Positions 38,998-49,155 of a DNA stretch of 61,242 nt are shown here, piece by piece (position 1 is the stretch's first letter; each line of letters begins with the position of its first letter). This DNA comes from an uncultured Stenotrophomonas sp. Lineage in GTDB: Bacteria > Pseudomonadota > Gammaproteobacteria > Xanthomonadales > Xanthomonadaceae. The DNA is taken from the NCBI GenBank assembly GCA_946223375.1, contig CAMICU010000001.1:1-61242 (forward strand), written 5' to 3'. Below the pieces are notes generated by a model. That model searched no databases. It was given only the letters and a program-made list of their open reading frames with translations, and was not told the origin of the DNA. Position numbers and translations under genes: made by a program.

Positions 38998-40446
38998 TCA
39001 ATGCGCCGGCGGCGCCTCGGGGCGGATGAAGTGCCCGGCGCGTGTGAGCACCTGCTGCCCGTCGTAGGCCAGCTGGCCGTTGACCCACACCGCCTCGATG
39101 CCCTCGGCCGCGCGGATTGGGTCATGGAAGCTGGCGGTGTCGCGCACCCGCGCCGGGTCGAACAACACCAGGTCGGCCCACCAGCCGGTGCGGATGCGGC
39201 CGCGCGCGCCCATCGCGAAGCGCGAGGCGGGCAGGCCGGTCATCTTGTGGACGGCGGTGTGCAGCGGGAACAGCTGTTCATCGCGTGCGTAATGACCGAG
39301 TACCCGCGGGAACGTGCCCCACAGGCGCGGATGCGGGCGGGGATCACGCGGCAGGCCGTCCGAACCGATCATCGTCAGCGGGTGCGCCAGGATGCGGCGC
39401 ACGTCGGCCTCGTCCATGCAGTGGTAGACCGCGCCGGCCGGCTGCAGGCGGATGGCCGCCTGCAGCAGTGGCACGTTCCAGTCCGCGGCGATCTCGGCGA
39501 GCAGGCGTCCGCCCTGGGCCGGCTCGGCCTCGGACCAGGTGATCAGGATGTCGTAGGCATCGGTGACCTGCTTCAGGTCCAGCGTGGAGGCGCTGGCCGC
39601 ATACGGGTAGCAGTCGCAGGCGACGTCGTGCCGGGCCGAACTGGCCTGCAGGTAGTCCAGCACTTCACGGCTGCGGCCCCAGTTGTCGATGCCCGCGCAC
39701 TTGAGGTGCGATACGCGCACCGCCGCGTCGGGGCCGCGCGCCGCCTCGAGTGCCTCCTCCATCGCGCCGAGGATGCCGGCGAACTCATCGCGCAGATGGG
39801 TGGCGTAGAGCCCGCCGCGGGGCAGCTCCAGTGCCAGCTGCTGCACTTCCTGCGCGGGTGCGCTGTGCGCCGAGGCATAGGCCAGACCGCTGCTCAGGCC
39901 CAATGCGCCGTCGGCGAGGCTCTGCCGCAGCTGGCCGCGCATGGCCTGGATCTCGGCGGCGGTGGCGGCGCGGTCGAGCCGGTCCATATGGTTCTGGCGC
40001 AGTGCGGTGTGGCCGACCAGCGCGGCCACGTTCACGGCCGGTCGCGCCTGCTGCACGGCGTCGCGGTAGCTGGCGAAATCCGGATAGCGGAAGTCGCCGG
40101 CATCGCCGAGCAGGTTCATCGGGTCCGGCACCTCGCCATGGATGTGCACCGGGCTGGCGCTGATGCCGCAGTTGCCGACCACCACCGTGGTCACGCCCTG
40201 CGACAGCTTGCTGGTCATGTCCGGGTTGCGCAGCACTTCCAGGTCATCGTGGGTATGCACGTCGATGAAGCCTGGCGCGAGCACGCGCCCGGCGGCGTCG
40301 ATCACGCTGCTGGCGGGGTGGTCGAGCTGGCCGATGGCGACGATGCGGCCGCCGCTGATGGCGACGTCGGCGCGCCTGCCGGGCTGGTCGCCGCCGTCGA
40401 GGACCTGCGCGTTGCGGATCAGTACGTCGTGCATGGTTTCAATCAC
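38998..40446 (-). CDS. N-acyl-D-amino-acid deacylase family amidohydrolase
   Basis: PGFIDVHTHDD, GNCG, THLRDE, SHLK, GSDG, HPRLWGTFPR; start GTG 40446 or ATG 40434. Confidence 0.92.
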   Translation of the reverse strand: MIETMHDVLIRNAQVLDGGDQPGRRADVAISGGRIVAIGQLDHPASSVIDAAGRVLAPGFIDVHTHDDLEVLRNPDMTSKLSQGVTTVVVGNCGISASPVHIHGEVPDPMNLLGDAGDFRYPDFASYRDAVQQARPAVNVAALVGHTALRQNHMDRLDRAATAAEIQAMRGQLRQSLADGALGLSSGLAYASAHSAPAQEVQQLALELPRGGLYATHLRDEFAGILGAMEEALEAARGPDAAVRVSHLKCAGIDNWGRSREVLDYLQASSARHDVACDCYPYAASASTLDLKQVTDAYDILITWSEAEPAQGGRLLAEIAADWNVPLLQAAIRLQPAGAVYHCMDEADVRRILAHPLTMIGSDGLPRDPRPHPRLWGTFPRVLGHYARDEQLFPLHTAVHKMTGLPASRFAMGARGRIRTGWWADLVLFDPARVRDTASFHDPIRAAEGIEAVWVNGQLAYDGQQVLTRAGHFIRPEAPPAH

Positions 40447-41314
40447 CCAGCGGCAGACGGGGGCCGCCGCCGCGATGGCGGTCCAGCGCCAGCTTGATGC
40501 GGCGCAGGTGCTCGTGGTTGGCGTTGGCGCCGTTCAGCGCGGTGGTGGTGGCGAGCACGTCGATGGCCAGCATCATCGCGTAGCGCGAGGCCGAGGGCTT
40601 GAACACGAAGTCGGTTTCCTCGATCTGGATCGGCAGCAGCCAGTCGCTGCGTTCGGCCAGCGCGGTGTCGGCCTGGGTGATGGCGCCGACGCGTGCGCCG
40701 TAGGTGCGGGCGATATCCACCGCGGAGATGATCTCCGGGGTGATGCCGCTGACCGACAGCACCAGCACCAGGTCCTCCGGGCCGAGCGTGGCGGCGATGA
40801 TCTTCATCATCAGCGAATCGCTGCAGGCCGCGACCGGCCGGCCGAAGCGCACCAGCCGGCTCTGCATCTCCTGGGCGAACACGGTGGAGCAGCCGCCCAG
40901 GCCGAAGATGTGGATCATGCGCGCGCCGCACAGCGCCTCGGCCAGCGCCTGCACCACGTCCTCCTTGAGGTTGGCGATGTTGTGGCGGAGGCTTTCCTGG
41001 ATGTCGTCGCAGATCTGCGCGTACAGCGCCGACACCGGCGGGGCGTTCTGCTGTTCCAGGAAGCGCTTGCCGACCGCGCTGGCCGATGCCAGGCGCGCGC
41101 GCAGTTCGCGCACGTGCTCGCAGCCCAGGGTCTTGGCGAAGCGCGAGATGGCCGCGGCGCTGACCTCGGCGCGCTCGGCCAGCTCGCTCACCCCGTACTG
41201 CGCGGCGGCGTCCACGTCGGCGAGGATGGCCGCGGCGATGCGCGCCTCCACCGGGCTGAACTCATGCTGCCGCTGGCGCAGTTCATAGACGATATCGAAC
41301 GTGTTCTGGGACAT
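40439..41314 (-). CDS. MurR/RpiR-family transcriptional regulator
   Basis: HTH ELAERAEVSAAAISRFAKTLG plus SIS domain (FGLGG, LSVSG). Confidence 0.92.
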   Translation of the reverse strand: MSQNTFDIVYELRQRQHEFSPVEARIAAAILADVDAAAQYGVSELAERAEVSAAAISRFAKTLGCEHVRELRARLASASAVGKRFLEQQNAPPVSALYAQICDDIQESLRHNIANLKEDVVQALAEALCGARMIHIFGLGGCSTVFAQEMQSRLVRFGRPVAACSDSLMMKIIAATLGPEDLVLVLSVSGITPEIISAVDIARTYGARVGAITQADTALAERSDWLLPIQIEETDFVFKPSASRYAMMLAIDVLATTTALNGANANHEHLRRIKLALDRHRGGGPRLPLGD

Positions 41315-41316
41315 GG

Positions 41317-42672
41317 TCAGAGCGCCGTGGAAAGTGCCATCACCAACAGCAGGGCGATGACGGAGATGAGGGTTTCAAGCACGGTCCAGGTCTTGAAGGT
41401 CTGGGCCACGCTCATGTTGAAGTATTCCTTGACCAGCCAGAAGCCGCCGTCGTTGACGTGCGAGAGCACCACCGAGCCGGCGCCGGTGGCCAGCACCAGC
41501 AGTTCCGGATGCGGATAGCCCATCGCCGCGGCGATCGGCGCGACGATGCCCGAGGCGGTGGTCATGGCCACCGTCGCCGAGCCGGTGGCGATGCGCATCA
41601 GCGCGGCCATCGTCCAGCCAATCAGCAGCGGCGACAGTTCGAAGCGCTGCGACAGGCCGATGATCTCGCCGGCCACGCCGGTATGCACCAGGATGCCGTT
41701 GAGGCCGCCGCCGGCGCCGACCAGCAGGGTGATCGCCGCGGTCGGGGCCAGGCACTCCTGGGTGAACTTGAGGATCTGCTCGCGGTTGAAGCCGCGCATC
41801 AGCCCCAGCGTGATGAAGCTCATCAGCGTGGCCAGCAGCAGCGCCACCACCGAGTGGCCGATGAAACGCAGGCCGTGGTTGAGGGACGAGCCGGGCGTGG
41901 CGATCTGGTCGGCCCAGCCGCCGAGCAGCATCAGCACGACCGGCAGCAGCAGCGTGGCGATGGTGATGCCGAAGCCGGGCAGCTGCTCGTCCGGGATGCG
42001 GCTGTGGCCTTCATCCAGCAGCGCCGCTTCCATCGGGTTGTGCGCGGGCAGCGTGACCCGTGGCGCGACGAACTTGGCGAACACCGGCCCGGCCAGCGCG
42101 GCGGTGGGCAGGCCGACGATCAGGGAATAGAACACGGTGCGGCCGACGTCGGCGCCGTAGGCGCTGACGGCCAGCATCGCGGCCGGATGCGGCGGTACCA
42201 GGCCATGCACCACCGACAGCCCGGCCACCATCGGCAGGCCCACCAGCAGCAGTGGCACGCCGGTGCGACGGGCGACATTGAGCGCGATCGGAATCAGCAG
42301 CACGAAGCCGACCTCGAAGAAGATCGGCAGGCCGATGCAGAAGGCGATCAGCATCATCGCCCAATGCACGTTCTTCGGCCCGAAGCGGGCAATCATGGTG
42401 CGCGCGATGCGCTCGGCGCCGCCGGACTCGGCCATCATCTTGCCGAGCATGGTGCCCAGCGCGACGATCAGGGCGATATGCCCCAGGGTCTTGCCGACGC
42501 CCTGCTCGTAGGCGGGCAGGATCTCCGGCGCCGGCATGCCGGCCAGCAGGGCCAGGCCCACCGAGACCAGCGTCACGCTGATGAACGGATTGAGGCGGAA
42601 CCTGGCGATCAGCACGATCAGTGCCAGGATCGACAGTACAGCGTAGATCAACAGCAGATTTCCGTCGGTCAT
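41317..42672 (-). CDS. GntP-family sugar-acid permease
   Basis: ESGGAERIA, FFEVGFVLL, VPPHP, GSATVA, SHVNDGGFWL. Confidence 0.93.
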   Translation of the reverse strand: MTDGNLLLIYAVLSILALIVLIARFRLNPFISVTLVSVGLALLAGMPAPEILPAYEQGVGKTLGHIALIVALGTMLGKMMAESGGAERIARTMIARFGPKNVHWAMMLIAFCIGLPIFFEVGFVLLIPIALNVARRTGVPLLLVGLPMVAGLSVVHGLVPPHPAAMLAVSAYGADVGRTVFYSLIVGLPTAALAGPVFAKFVAPRVTLPAHNPMEAALLDEGHSRIPDEQLPGFGITIATLLLPVVLMLLGGWADQIATPGSSLNHGLRFIGHSVVALLLATLMSFITLGLMRGFNREQILKFTQECLAPTAAITLLVGAGGGLNGILVHTGVAGEIIGLSQRFELSPLLIGWTMAALMRIATGSATVAMTTASGIVAPIAAAMGYPHPELLVLATGAGSVVLSHVNDGGFWLVKEYFNMSVAQTFKTWTVLETLISVIALLLVMALSTAL

Positions 42673-42695
42673 GCGTACAGGCCCGTTGGGTTGGG

Positions 42696-43961
42696 TCAGA
42701 ACTGCGTGGAAACGGCACCGATGACGCGATGCTCGTCATCGACCACCAGCAGGTGGCGCCATTTGTCGAACGTCAGGCAGGGGTGGGAGATGTCGAAGCA
42801 GAGCAGGTCGCCCACGCGCAGGTCGTCACCGCCATGGATGTCGAGAAAGGCGTGCTGGTCCATCATCGCGCTGATCCGCCAGTGCGCCGGCGGCGCGCCG
42901 GTGGCCGCATTGCCGGGGCGGAAGTGCAGGGCCGGCACCGGGAAGCCGGCATCGAACGCGGCATCCCGCTTGCCCAGCGCGACGATCGCTTTGCCGTCTT
43001 CCGGCAGCGACTGCACCTGGGCCCACAGCCGCAGGGCCGGCTGCAGGCTGCTGCCCATCTCGCGGGCCACCGGGTTGCTGGCGTGGATGCGTTCGGCGGC
43101 CTGCTGGTAGATGCCGACATCGTGGCTGAGGTAGCAGCCCGGCCGCAGCACGATCGCGGCGTCGGCATGGCCGGCAAGCGCGGCGAACTCCTCGGCGACC
43201 ACATCGAACCAGGCCGATCCGGCGCCGCTGAGAATCGCCGGCCGCTCGGCGAAGCCGCCGCCGGCATGGATGGCCTGCCACTGCGCCAGGCTGCGCTGCA
43301 GCACCGCGCGCACGCCGGCCTCGTCCTTGGCCACGCCTTCATAGACTTCCACGCCGACCAGCGCGACGGCATCCGGCCAGCGGGCGATCTCGTCCAGCAC
43401 CGCGCGGGCCTGGGCCTGATCACGCACGCCGGTGCGGCCACCGGCCGCGCCGATTTCCAGCAGTACGCGGATACGTTGCCCGTGCGCGCGGAAGTAGGCA
43501 CCCAGTGCCGCGACGTTGTCGGCCGAGTCCACCACGCAGGCGAACCAGAAGCCGGCGTCGCGCGCCTGCAGATCGGCGATCAGTGCGAAGTTGCCGTTGC
43601 CGACCAGTTGATTGGCGAGCAGCACGCGGCGCACGCCGTGTTCATAGGCGGCAACGGTCTGCGGTGCGGTGGCCAGGGTGATACCCCAGGCGCCGGCGTC
43701 GAGCTGCATCTGGAACAGCGCCGGGCTCATCGTGGTCTTGCCGTGCGGCGCCAGCTGGCAGCCATAGGCTTCGGTGAAGCGGCGCATCCAATCCAGGTTG
43801 TGCTGCAGGGCGGACGCGCTCAGTACCGCGACCGGCAGGCTGACCTGTTCGTCCAGGATCCGGGGGGCCAGCGTGGCCAGTTGCGCTGCGCTCCATGGGC
43901 CGCCGGCCGGCAACCCCTTGCCGGTCAGTGGCTTATCGGAATGAAAGTAATTTTCCTGCAC
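42696..43961 (-). CDS. PLP-dependent D-serine-deaminase-like (fold III) ammonia-lyase
   Basis: APHGKTTM (PLP Lys), GRTG, LRPGCY, GKRD, DQH, SHPCLTFD. Confidence 0.88.
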   Translation of the reverse strand: MQENYFHSDKPLTGKGLPAGGPWSAAQLATLAPRILDEQVSLPVAVLSASALQHNLDWMRRFTEAYGCQLAPHGKTTMSPALFQMQLDAGAWGITLATAPQTVAAYEHGVRRVLLANQLVGNGNFALIADLQARDAGFWFACVVDSADNVAALGAYFRAHGQRIRVLLEIGAAGGRTGVRDQAQARAVLDEIARWPDAVALVGVEVYEGVAKDEAGVRAVLQRSLAQWQAIHAGGGFAERPAILSGAGSAWFDVVAEEFAALAGHADAAIVLRPGCYLSHDVGIYQQAAERIHASNPVAREMGSSLQPALRLWAQVQSLPEDGKAIVALGKRDAAFDAGFPVPALHFRPGNAATGAPPAHWRISAMMDQHAFLDIHGGDDLRVGDLLCFDISHPCLTFDKWRHLLVVDDEHRVIGAVSTQF

Positions 43962-44031
43962 GAATGCCTGCCTCTACGAACGGTCGCCGGGTTATGCAGC
44001 GGCCTATTGTGTAGCATGGGAATGGCTTCGT

Positions 44032-44044
44032 GAAAATTATTTTC
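44032..44044. promoter_or_regulatory. Candidate RpiR-type operator overlapping the -35 of the deaminase operon promoter
   Basis: GAAAATTATTTTC; minus strand TTCACG-17 nt-CACAAT; second copy GAAAGTAATTTTC at 43943-43955. Confidence 0.55.
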
Positions 44045-44225
44045 TTGTAAAACCGGGTGAGGGTCACGCAGCGCTGCCGGCATCGGCCCCGCCCGCGGGG
44101 CGGAAAGGCGGCTTCGGCCGGCAGAGGGTGGCGATGCAGTTCAGCATGACCCGCGGGGGCGGTCCAGTCGTGCGCGGCGTGCGGCCGCGATGCGGCAGCC
44201 AGGGGCATTCACCGGCAGGGCGCGC

Positions 44226-44255
44226 AAAAAAAAGCCCGGCGCCTGCGCACCGGGC
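44226..44255 (-). terminator. Intrinsic terminator of the porin gene
   Basis: Minus strand GCCCGGTGC-GCAG-GCGCCGGGC followed by T8. Confidence 0.85.
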
Positions 44256-44277
44256 CTGGCCTGCCGGCGCGGCCGGC

Positions 44278-45417
44278 TCAGAAATCCAGTTGCAGGCGGC
44301 CGGCGAGCACACCGGTGTGGTCGAGGGTACGGTCGGCCACGTCGTCGCGGCGACGGGTGTCTGTCCAGTCCAGCATCACCCGTGCGTACTTGCGTGCGTA
44401 CCAGTTGACGCCGACCGTCCACGCGTCGGCGGACAGTTCGCGCGGCCACTGTTTGCCCTGCACGTGGTCGTAGCGCGCCACCAGTTCCCAGGCCCCGCTG
44501 TTGAGCTGCGGCTTGATCTGGGTGAAGCGGCCGGCCTTGGCATCGTAGGGACGGGTTTCGCCGGTGAGCAGCCAGGTGGCCTGCGCGTAGCCGGACTGTA
44601 CCCGCGCGCGCTGCTGGCCGTCGTCATACAGCGCGCCGCCGTACTCACCCTGCCAGGACCAGGCGCCGTGGACGCCGGCCGCTTCCAGCCCGTATTTGTC
44701 CACGCTGACATCGCGGCCATTGGCGAAGCTCACCAGCGACAGGCGGCTGTTGTCGCCGAAGTAGCCGGCCACGCGCGGTTGCACGCGCAGTGCCGAGGCA
44801 CCGCTGGCGCCGGGGTTGTCGTAGCGTTCGTGGGCGAGTGCCGCGCCCAGGTGCAGCACATGGCCGGCGTCGTGCCACGGGCTGTAGCCGGCACGCGCAC
44901 CGGCGGCGCGGCCCTTGCTCTTCCAGTTGTCGATGCTCTCCAGGCTGTAGACGCTGCCGCTCCAGAAGAAATCGTCCTGGTAGCCATTCACGCCCACGCC
45001 GAGGCGGTAGGTCGGGGCCAGTACCTGCGCCAGCCAGCTGCGCTCCACCGCCGGGATGTGGTTGGAGCTGCCGCGGTCGTCCAGCGTGAAGAACTGCTTG
45101 AACTGGCCGGCGGTCACCGTGGTGGTGCCGAAGGTACGGGCGATGTAGGCATCGCGGGCGATGGGCTTGTGCCCGGAAACGTCGGTCTCCAGCTTGTAGT
45201 CCACGCCATGGAACTTGCCGGAGACGGCCAGCCAGGCCGCCCGCAGGTCGTCGCCATCGCGCTCGGCGGTGCCGCGCGCATCGTTGTCGAAGCGGGCGAA
45301 ATCGTAGTGCAGGCGGCCGCTGAGCTTGGCGGTCACCGCGTCCTCGGCGTGGGCGGCGGGCAGTGCGGCCAGCAGCAACAGGGGTGCCAGGGCACTGCAG
45401 GGGCGGGAAATGGACAT
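44278..45417 (-). CDS. OprO/OprP-family anion-selective porin
   Basis: Signal peptide; GRLHYD, GQFKQFF, SGYAQATWLLTGE, WELVARYD, terminal QLDF. Confidence 0.88.
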   Translation of the reverse strand: MSISRPCSALAPLLLLAALPAAHAEDAVTAKLSGRLHYDFARFDNDARGTAERDGDDLRAAWLAVSGKFHGVDYKLETDVSGHKPIARDAYIARTFGTTTVTAGQFKQFFTLDDRGSSNHIPAVERSWLAQVLAPTYRLGVGVNGYQDDFFWSGSVYSLESIDNWKSKGRAAGARAGYSPWHDAGHVLHLGAALAHERYDNPGASGASALRVQPRVAGYFGDNSRLSLVSFANGRDVSVDKYGLEAAGVHGAWSWQGEYGGALYDDGQQRARVQSGYAQATWLLTGETRPYDAKAGRFTQIKPQLNSGAWELVARYDHVQGKQWPRELSADAWTVGVNWYARKYARVMLDWTDTRRRDDVADRTLDHTGVLAGRLQLDF

Positions 45418-45485
45418 CCGTACTCTCTGAAGGTGATGGGCGGGGCCGCCGGGGCCGGACGATAGCAGTCCGGCGCGTGGCTCCA

Positions 45486-45503
45486 ATAACGATTTGGTAC
45501 TAG
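45486..45503 (-). promoter_or_regulatory. 18-bp motif shared with the dctA upstream region
   Basis: Minus strand CTAGTACCAAATCGTTAT; 16/18 identical to 49174-49191. Confidence 0.65.
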
Positions 45504-45538
45504 GGCGTGTGTGCGGCGTGCGTGCCACACTGGCGACC

Positions 45539-46195
45539 ATGAGCCTGGCCAAGGTCCTTGTCGCCGATGATCACCCGCTGTTCCGGGCAGCGGTGCTGCA
45601 TGCGCTGCGCGAGGGTATAGATGTCGGGCAGATGCTGGAAGTGGCCAGCGTCTCGGCGCTGACCCAGGCGCTGGACGAGCACCCGGACGTGGACCTGGTG
45701 GTGCTGGACCTGGCAATGCCGGGTGCGCGCGGGTTCTCCTCGCTGGTCTGGCTGCGCGGTGAGCGCCCGGACGTGCCGGTCATCGTCATTTCCTCCAACG
45801 ACCACCCGCGGGTGATCCGCCGCGCGCAGCAGTTCGGCGCGGCCGGTTTCATCCCCAAGTCGGCGCCGGTGGAGAGCATCCGTACCGCGGTGACCGCGGT
45901 GATGGCGGGCGACACCTGCTTCCCGCCGCTCGCCGCCGAGCGCTCCGAGCGCGACGCGCAGCTGGCCGCGCGGCTGGCACGGCTCACCCCGCAGCAGTTC
46001 CGGGTGCTGCTGTGCGTGGCCGACGGGCTGCTCAACAAGCAGATCGCCTACGAGCTGGGGCTGGCCGAGAACACGGTGAAGGTGCACGTCACCGCCATCC
46101 TGAAGAAGCTCGAGTGCAACAGCCGCACCCAGGCGGCGCTGCTGGTCAAGGCGCTGGAGCCGGAAGGCGAGGGCGGGTTGCCTGGCGAGTACTGA
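45539..46195 (+). CDS. NarL/LuxR-family response regulator
   Basis: VADDHPLFR, LDLAMPG, IPKS; HTH LTPQQ..GLLNKQIA..TVKVHV. Confidence 0.93.
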   Translation: MSLAKVLVADDHPLFRAAVLHALREGIDVGQMLEVASVSALTQALDEHPDVDLVVLDLAMPGARGFSSLVWLRGERPDVPVIVISSNDHPRVIRRAQQFGAAGFIPKSAPVESIRTAVTAVMAGDTCFPPLAAERSERDAQLAARLARLTPQQFRVLLCVADGLLNKQIAYELGLAENTVKVHVTAILKKLECNSRTQAALLVKALEPEGEGGLPGEY

Positions 46196-46209
46196 GGGCT
46201 TTGCAAGCT

Positions 46210-46316
46210 CCCTCACCCCACCCCCTCTCCCGTAGGCGGGAGCGACGCTGAATCGCCACGAGCTGACGCATTGCCAACCCCACTCCCGTTTACGGGGGGA
46301 GGGATTGCGGTGAGGG
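46210..46316. repeat. Inverted pair of CCCTCACCCC..CTCTCCCG..CGGGAG palindromic repeats
   Basis: 46210-46242 and the reverse complement at 46283-46316, between convergent genes; related copy at 53455-53485. Confidence 0.7.
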
Positions 46317-46350
46317 CGACCAGCTTGAGGGGAGGGCAGGCGGAACTGCC

Positions 46351-49002
46351 TCAGCGCGAACGCTGGTACAGGTGGGTCATCAGCGAGCGCAGCGCCGAGG
46401 TGCGCGCCTGTTTGGACAGGAAGCCCCAGCCGCGCGCGCGTGCCAGTGCGCGCAGGTCCGCGTCCTGCTCGGCGGTATGCAGGATCACCGCCGGTTCGCG
46501 GCCCCAGCGGGCGACCAGCAGGGGCAGCAGTTCCGGCCCGGTGCTCGCGCCAAGGCGGACATCCAGCAGCAGCAGGTCCGGCGCGTTGCCGGTCTCCGCC
46601 GCCGCCAGTGCCGGTTCGATGCCACCGGCCAGTTCGACCCGGCAGCCCCAGCGTTCCAGCAGCAGCTGCATGGCCTGGCTGACGCGGGCGTCATCGTCGA
46701 TGCACCACACCCGGCAACCGGCCAGCAGCGACTCCACGCCGGGCTCGTCGCTGACCGCCGCCGGTGGGGCCTGCAGCTGCAGGGCATCGACCGTGCCCAA
46801 CGGCACGCTGACACTGAACACGCTGCCGCGTTCGGGCGTGGAGCGCAGGCCGATGCGATGGCCGAGCAGGCGCGCGATGCGGTCCACGATCGCCAGCCCC
46901 AGGCCGGTCCCGCGCTCCTCGGTGTCGCCGCCGTCCAGGCGCCGGAACTCCTCGAAGATCTCCTGCTGGCGCCCTTCGGGGATACCCGGCCCGGTGTCAT
47001 GCACTTCGATGCGGAGCTGGTCGCCCACGCGGCGACCGCCCAGCAGCACCCGCCCGCGCGGTGTGTAGCGGATCGCGTTGGACAGGAAGTTCTGCAGGAT
47101 GCGCCGCAGCAGCGCCTCATCGCTGTGCACCACCGCGCGGGTGGGCACCCGCTCCAGGCGCAGGCCACGGGCGTGGGCGAGGATGCCGAACTCATGCGCC
47201 AGCGCTTCCAGCAGCGGGTCCAGCGCGAAATCGCGCACATGCGTCTCCAGCGCGCCGGATTCCAGCCGCGAGATGTCCAGCAGGCTGTTGAGGATGCCGT
47301 CCTGCGCGGCGAGTGCGTTGTCGATGCTGTCGGCCACCTCGCGCGCGGCGCTGTCGCCCAGGCGGCCGCGCAGTGCCGACAGGAACATGCGCGCGGCGTT
47401 CAGCGGCTGCAGCAGGTCATGCACGGCGGCGGCGACGAAGCGGGTCTTGGAGCGGTTGGCGTCCTCGGCCTCGCGCTTGGCCGCGGCCAGGTCGCGGGTG
47501 CGCTCGTCGATGCGGTGACTCAGCGTATCGGCCAGCGAGCGCAGGTCGCGGGCGGCGTTCTTGTAGGCGGTGATGTCGGCGTAGCTGGTGACGAAGCCAC
47601 CATCGGGCAGGGGGTTGCCGCGGATCTCGATGACGCTGCCGTCGCCGCGCTCACGCTCGTGCATGTGCGGCTTGCCCGAGCGCAGGTGGTTCAGCCGGCG
47701 CTCGATCGCGTCCTCGATCGGGCCGGGGCCGAGCAGGCCGCGGCGGGCGTTGTAGCGGAACACATCGGCGATCGGCCGGCCGACCTGGATGAAGCCCGGC
47801 GGGAAACGGAACAGCTCGATGTAGCGGCGGTTCCAGGCGACCAGGTTGAGTGCGGCATCGACCACGCAGATGCCCTGCGGCAGGTGCTGCAGGCTGCGGC
47901 TCTCGCCGTAATCGGCGGTGTGCGCGGCGTGCACCAGCCCGTCCTGGGCGGTGCGCAGTTCCTGTGCGTGGTGCTTGACCAGCCGTTCCAGCTCGATCCG
48001 GCTGCGCTCGCGCAGCTGCGCCAGGCGCCGCCGTTGCCACATCACGAAGCCGAGCAGGGCCAGCGCCAGCAGGCCGCCGGCAACGGCCAGCGCGATCGTG
48101 CGTGCGGCGGTGATGCTGCTGGAGGTGGAGCGCATCAGGTTCAGCGTCCAGCCCTGCCGTGACAGCGGGTGCGAGATCCACAGCACGTCACCGACCTGCG
48201 GCAGCCGTACCCGCCGCGCGTCCTTGTCCAGCGATTCGACCAGCCGGTAGGCCAGCTTCTGCCGCGGCAGCTGCCCGTACTGGCGGGTCTGGGTCAGGCG
48301 CTCGCGCGCGGCCTGGTCCAGTTCGTGCAGCACGTGGTAACGCCAGCCGGTCTGGCTGGACAGGAAGATCACCCCGTTGCTGTCGTTGGCGAACACGATC
48401 TCCGGCGTCTCCGCCCACGTGCTCTCCAGCGGTCGCAGCACGACCTTGACCACGACCACGCCGATCGGCGTGCCGCTGTCATCGCGCACCGCCTCGGACA
48501 GGAAGTAGCCCGGCACCGCGGTGGTGACGCCTTCGGCGTAGAAGGTGCCGCTGCCGTCGCGCATCGCGCGCTGGAAATACGGGCGGAAGTTGTAGTGGTT
48601 GCCGACGTTGCTGGCACCGGGGATCTGCCAGTTGCTGGCGGCGATGGCCAGCCCGTCGCGGTCCAGCAGGGTCAGCGTGGAGGTGGTCGCCGCACCATTG
48701 ACGCGTTCCAGCTTGCGGCTGATGCGCTCCCGCTCGGCCGGGTCGGTGCCGGGGTGGGACAGCGCGGCGCGGATCTCCGGGTCCAGCGCCAGCACCGCCG
48801 GCAGCACCTGGTAGCGCTCGATCAGCAGCTGCAGCGCATCGCCATGCAGGCGCAGCTGCTCGCGTGCCTGCTCGGCGTCCTGCCGCAGGCTGCGCCGTTC
48901 CAGGTGGCGCATCGTGACCAGGCTGAGCGCCACGATCGCCAGCGCCGCGGTGCACAGCAGCAGCACGGTGGTGTGGCGGCGGGGAGGGCTCAGGAACGGC
49001 AT
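46351..49002 (-). CDS. Hybrid sensor kinase: DctB-like Cache domain, PAS, HisKA, HATPase, receiver
   Basis: ASNW..VGNHYNFRPYF (DctB-like); HDLLQPL; QNFLSNAIRYT; DTGPGI; GTGLGL; IDDD..LLLD. Confidence 0.92.
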   Translation of the reverse strand: MPFLSPPRRHTTVLLLCTAALAIVALSLVTMRHLERRSLRQDAEQAREQLRLHGDALQLLIERYQVLPAVLALDPEIRAALSHPGTDPAERERISRKLERVNGAATTSTLTLLDRDGLAIAASNWQIPGASNVGNHYNFRPYFQRAMRDGSGTFYAEGVTTAVPGYFLSEAVRDDSGTPIGVVVVKVVLRPLESTWAETPEIVFANDSNGVIFLSSQTGWRYHVLHELDQAARERLTQTRQYGQLPRQKLAYRLVESLDKDARRVRLPQVGDVLWISHPLSRQGWTLNLMRSTSSSITAARTIALAVAGGLLALALLGFVMWQRRRLAQLRERSRIELERLVKHHAQELRTAQDGLVHAAHTADYGESRSLQHLPQGICVVDAALNLVAWNRRYIELFRFPPGFIQVGRPIADVFRYNARRGLLGPGPIEDAIERRLNHLRSGKPHMHERERGDGSVIEIRGNPLPDGGFVTSYADITAYKNAARDLRSLADTLSHRIDERTRDLAAAKREAEDANRSKTRFVAAAVHDLLQPLNAARMFLSALRGRLGDSAAREVADSIDNALAAQDGILNSLLDISRLESGALETHVRDFALDPLLEALAHEFGILAHARGLRLERVPTRAVVHSDEALLRRILQNFLSNAIRYTPRGRVLLGGRRVGDQLRIEVHDTGPGIPEGRQQEIFEEFRRLDGGDTEERGTGLGLAIVDRIARLLGHRIGLRSTPERGSVFSVSVPLGTVDALQLQAPPAAVSDEPGVESLLAGCRVWCIDDDARVSQAMQLLLERWGCRVELAGGIEPALAAAETGNAPDLLLLDVRLGASTGPELLPLLVARWGREPAVILHTAEQDADLRALARARGWGFLSKQARTSALRSLMTHLYQRSR

Positions 49003-49155
49003 GCGGCGATGGTCACGCAGATGGCGCGGTTTCTCCAGTGCTGTGGCGCTGCGTCCGTCGTCGCGGTGCCGCGCCTGGCGGCAGCGTCAACAGCGGCCGC
49101 GCCGCGCCACCGCTGGGGACGCGGCCAACGCGCTCCGGCAACGGCCGGCACCGGC

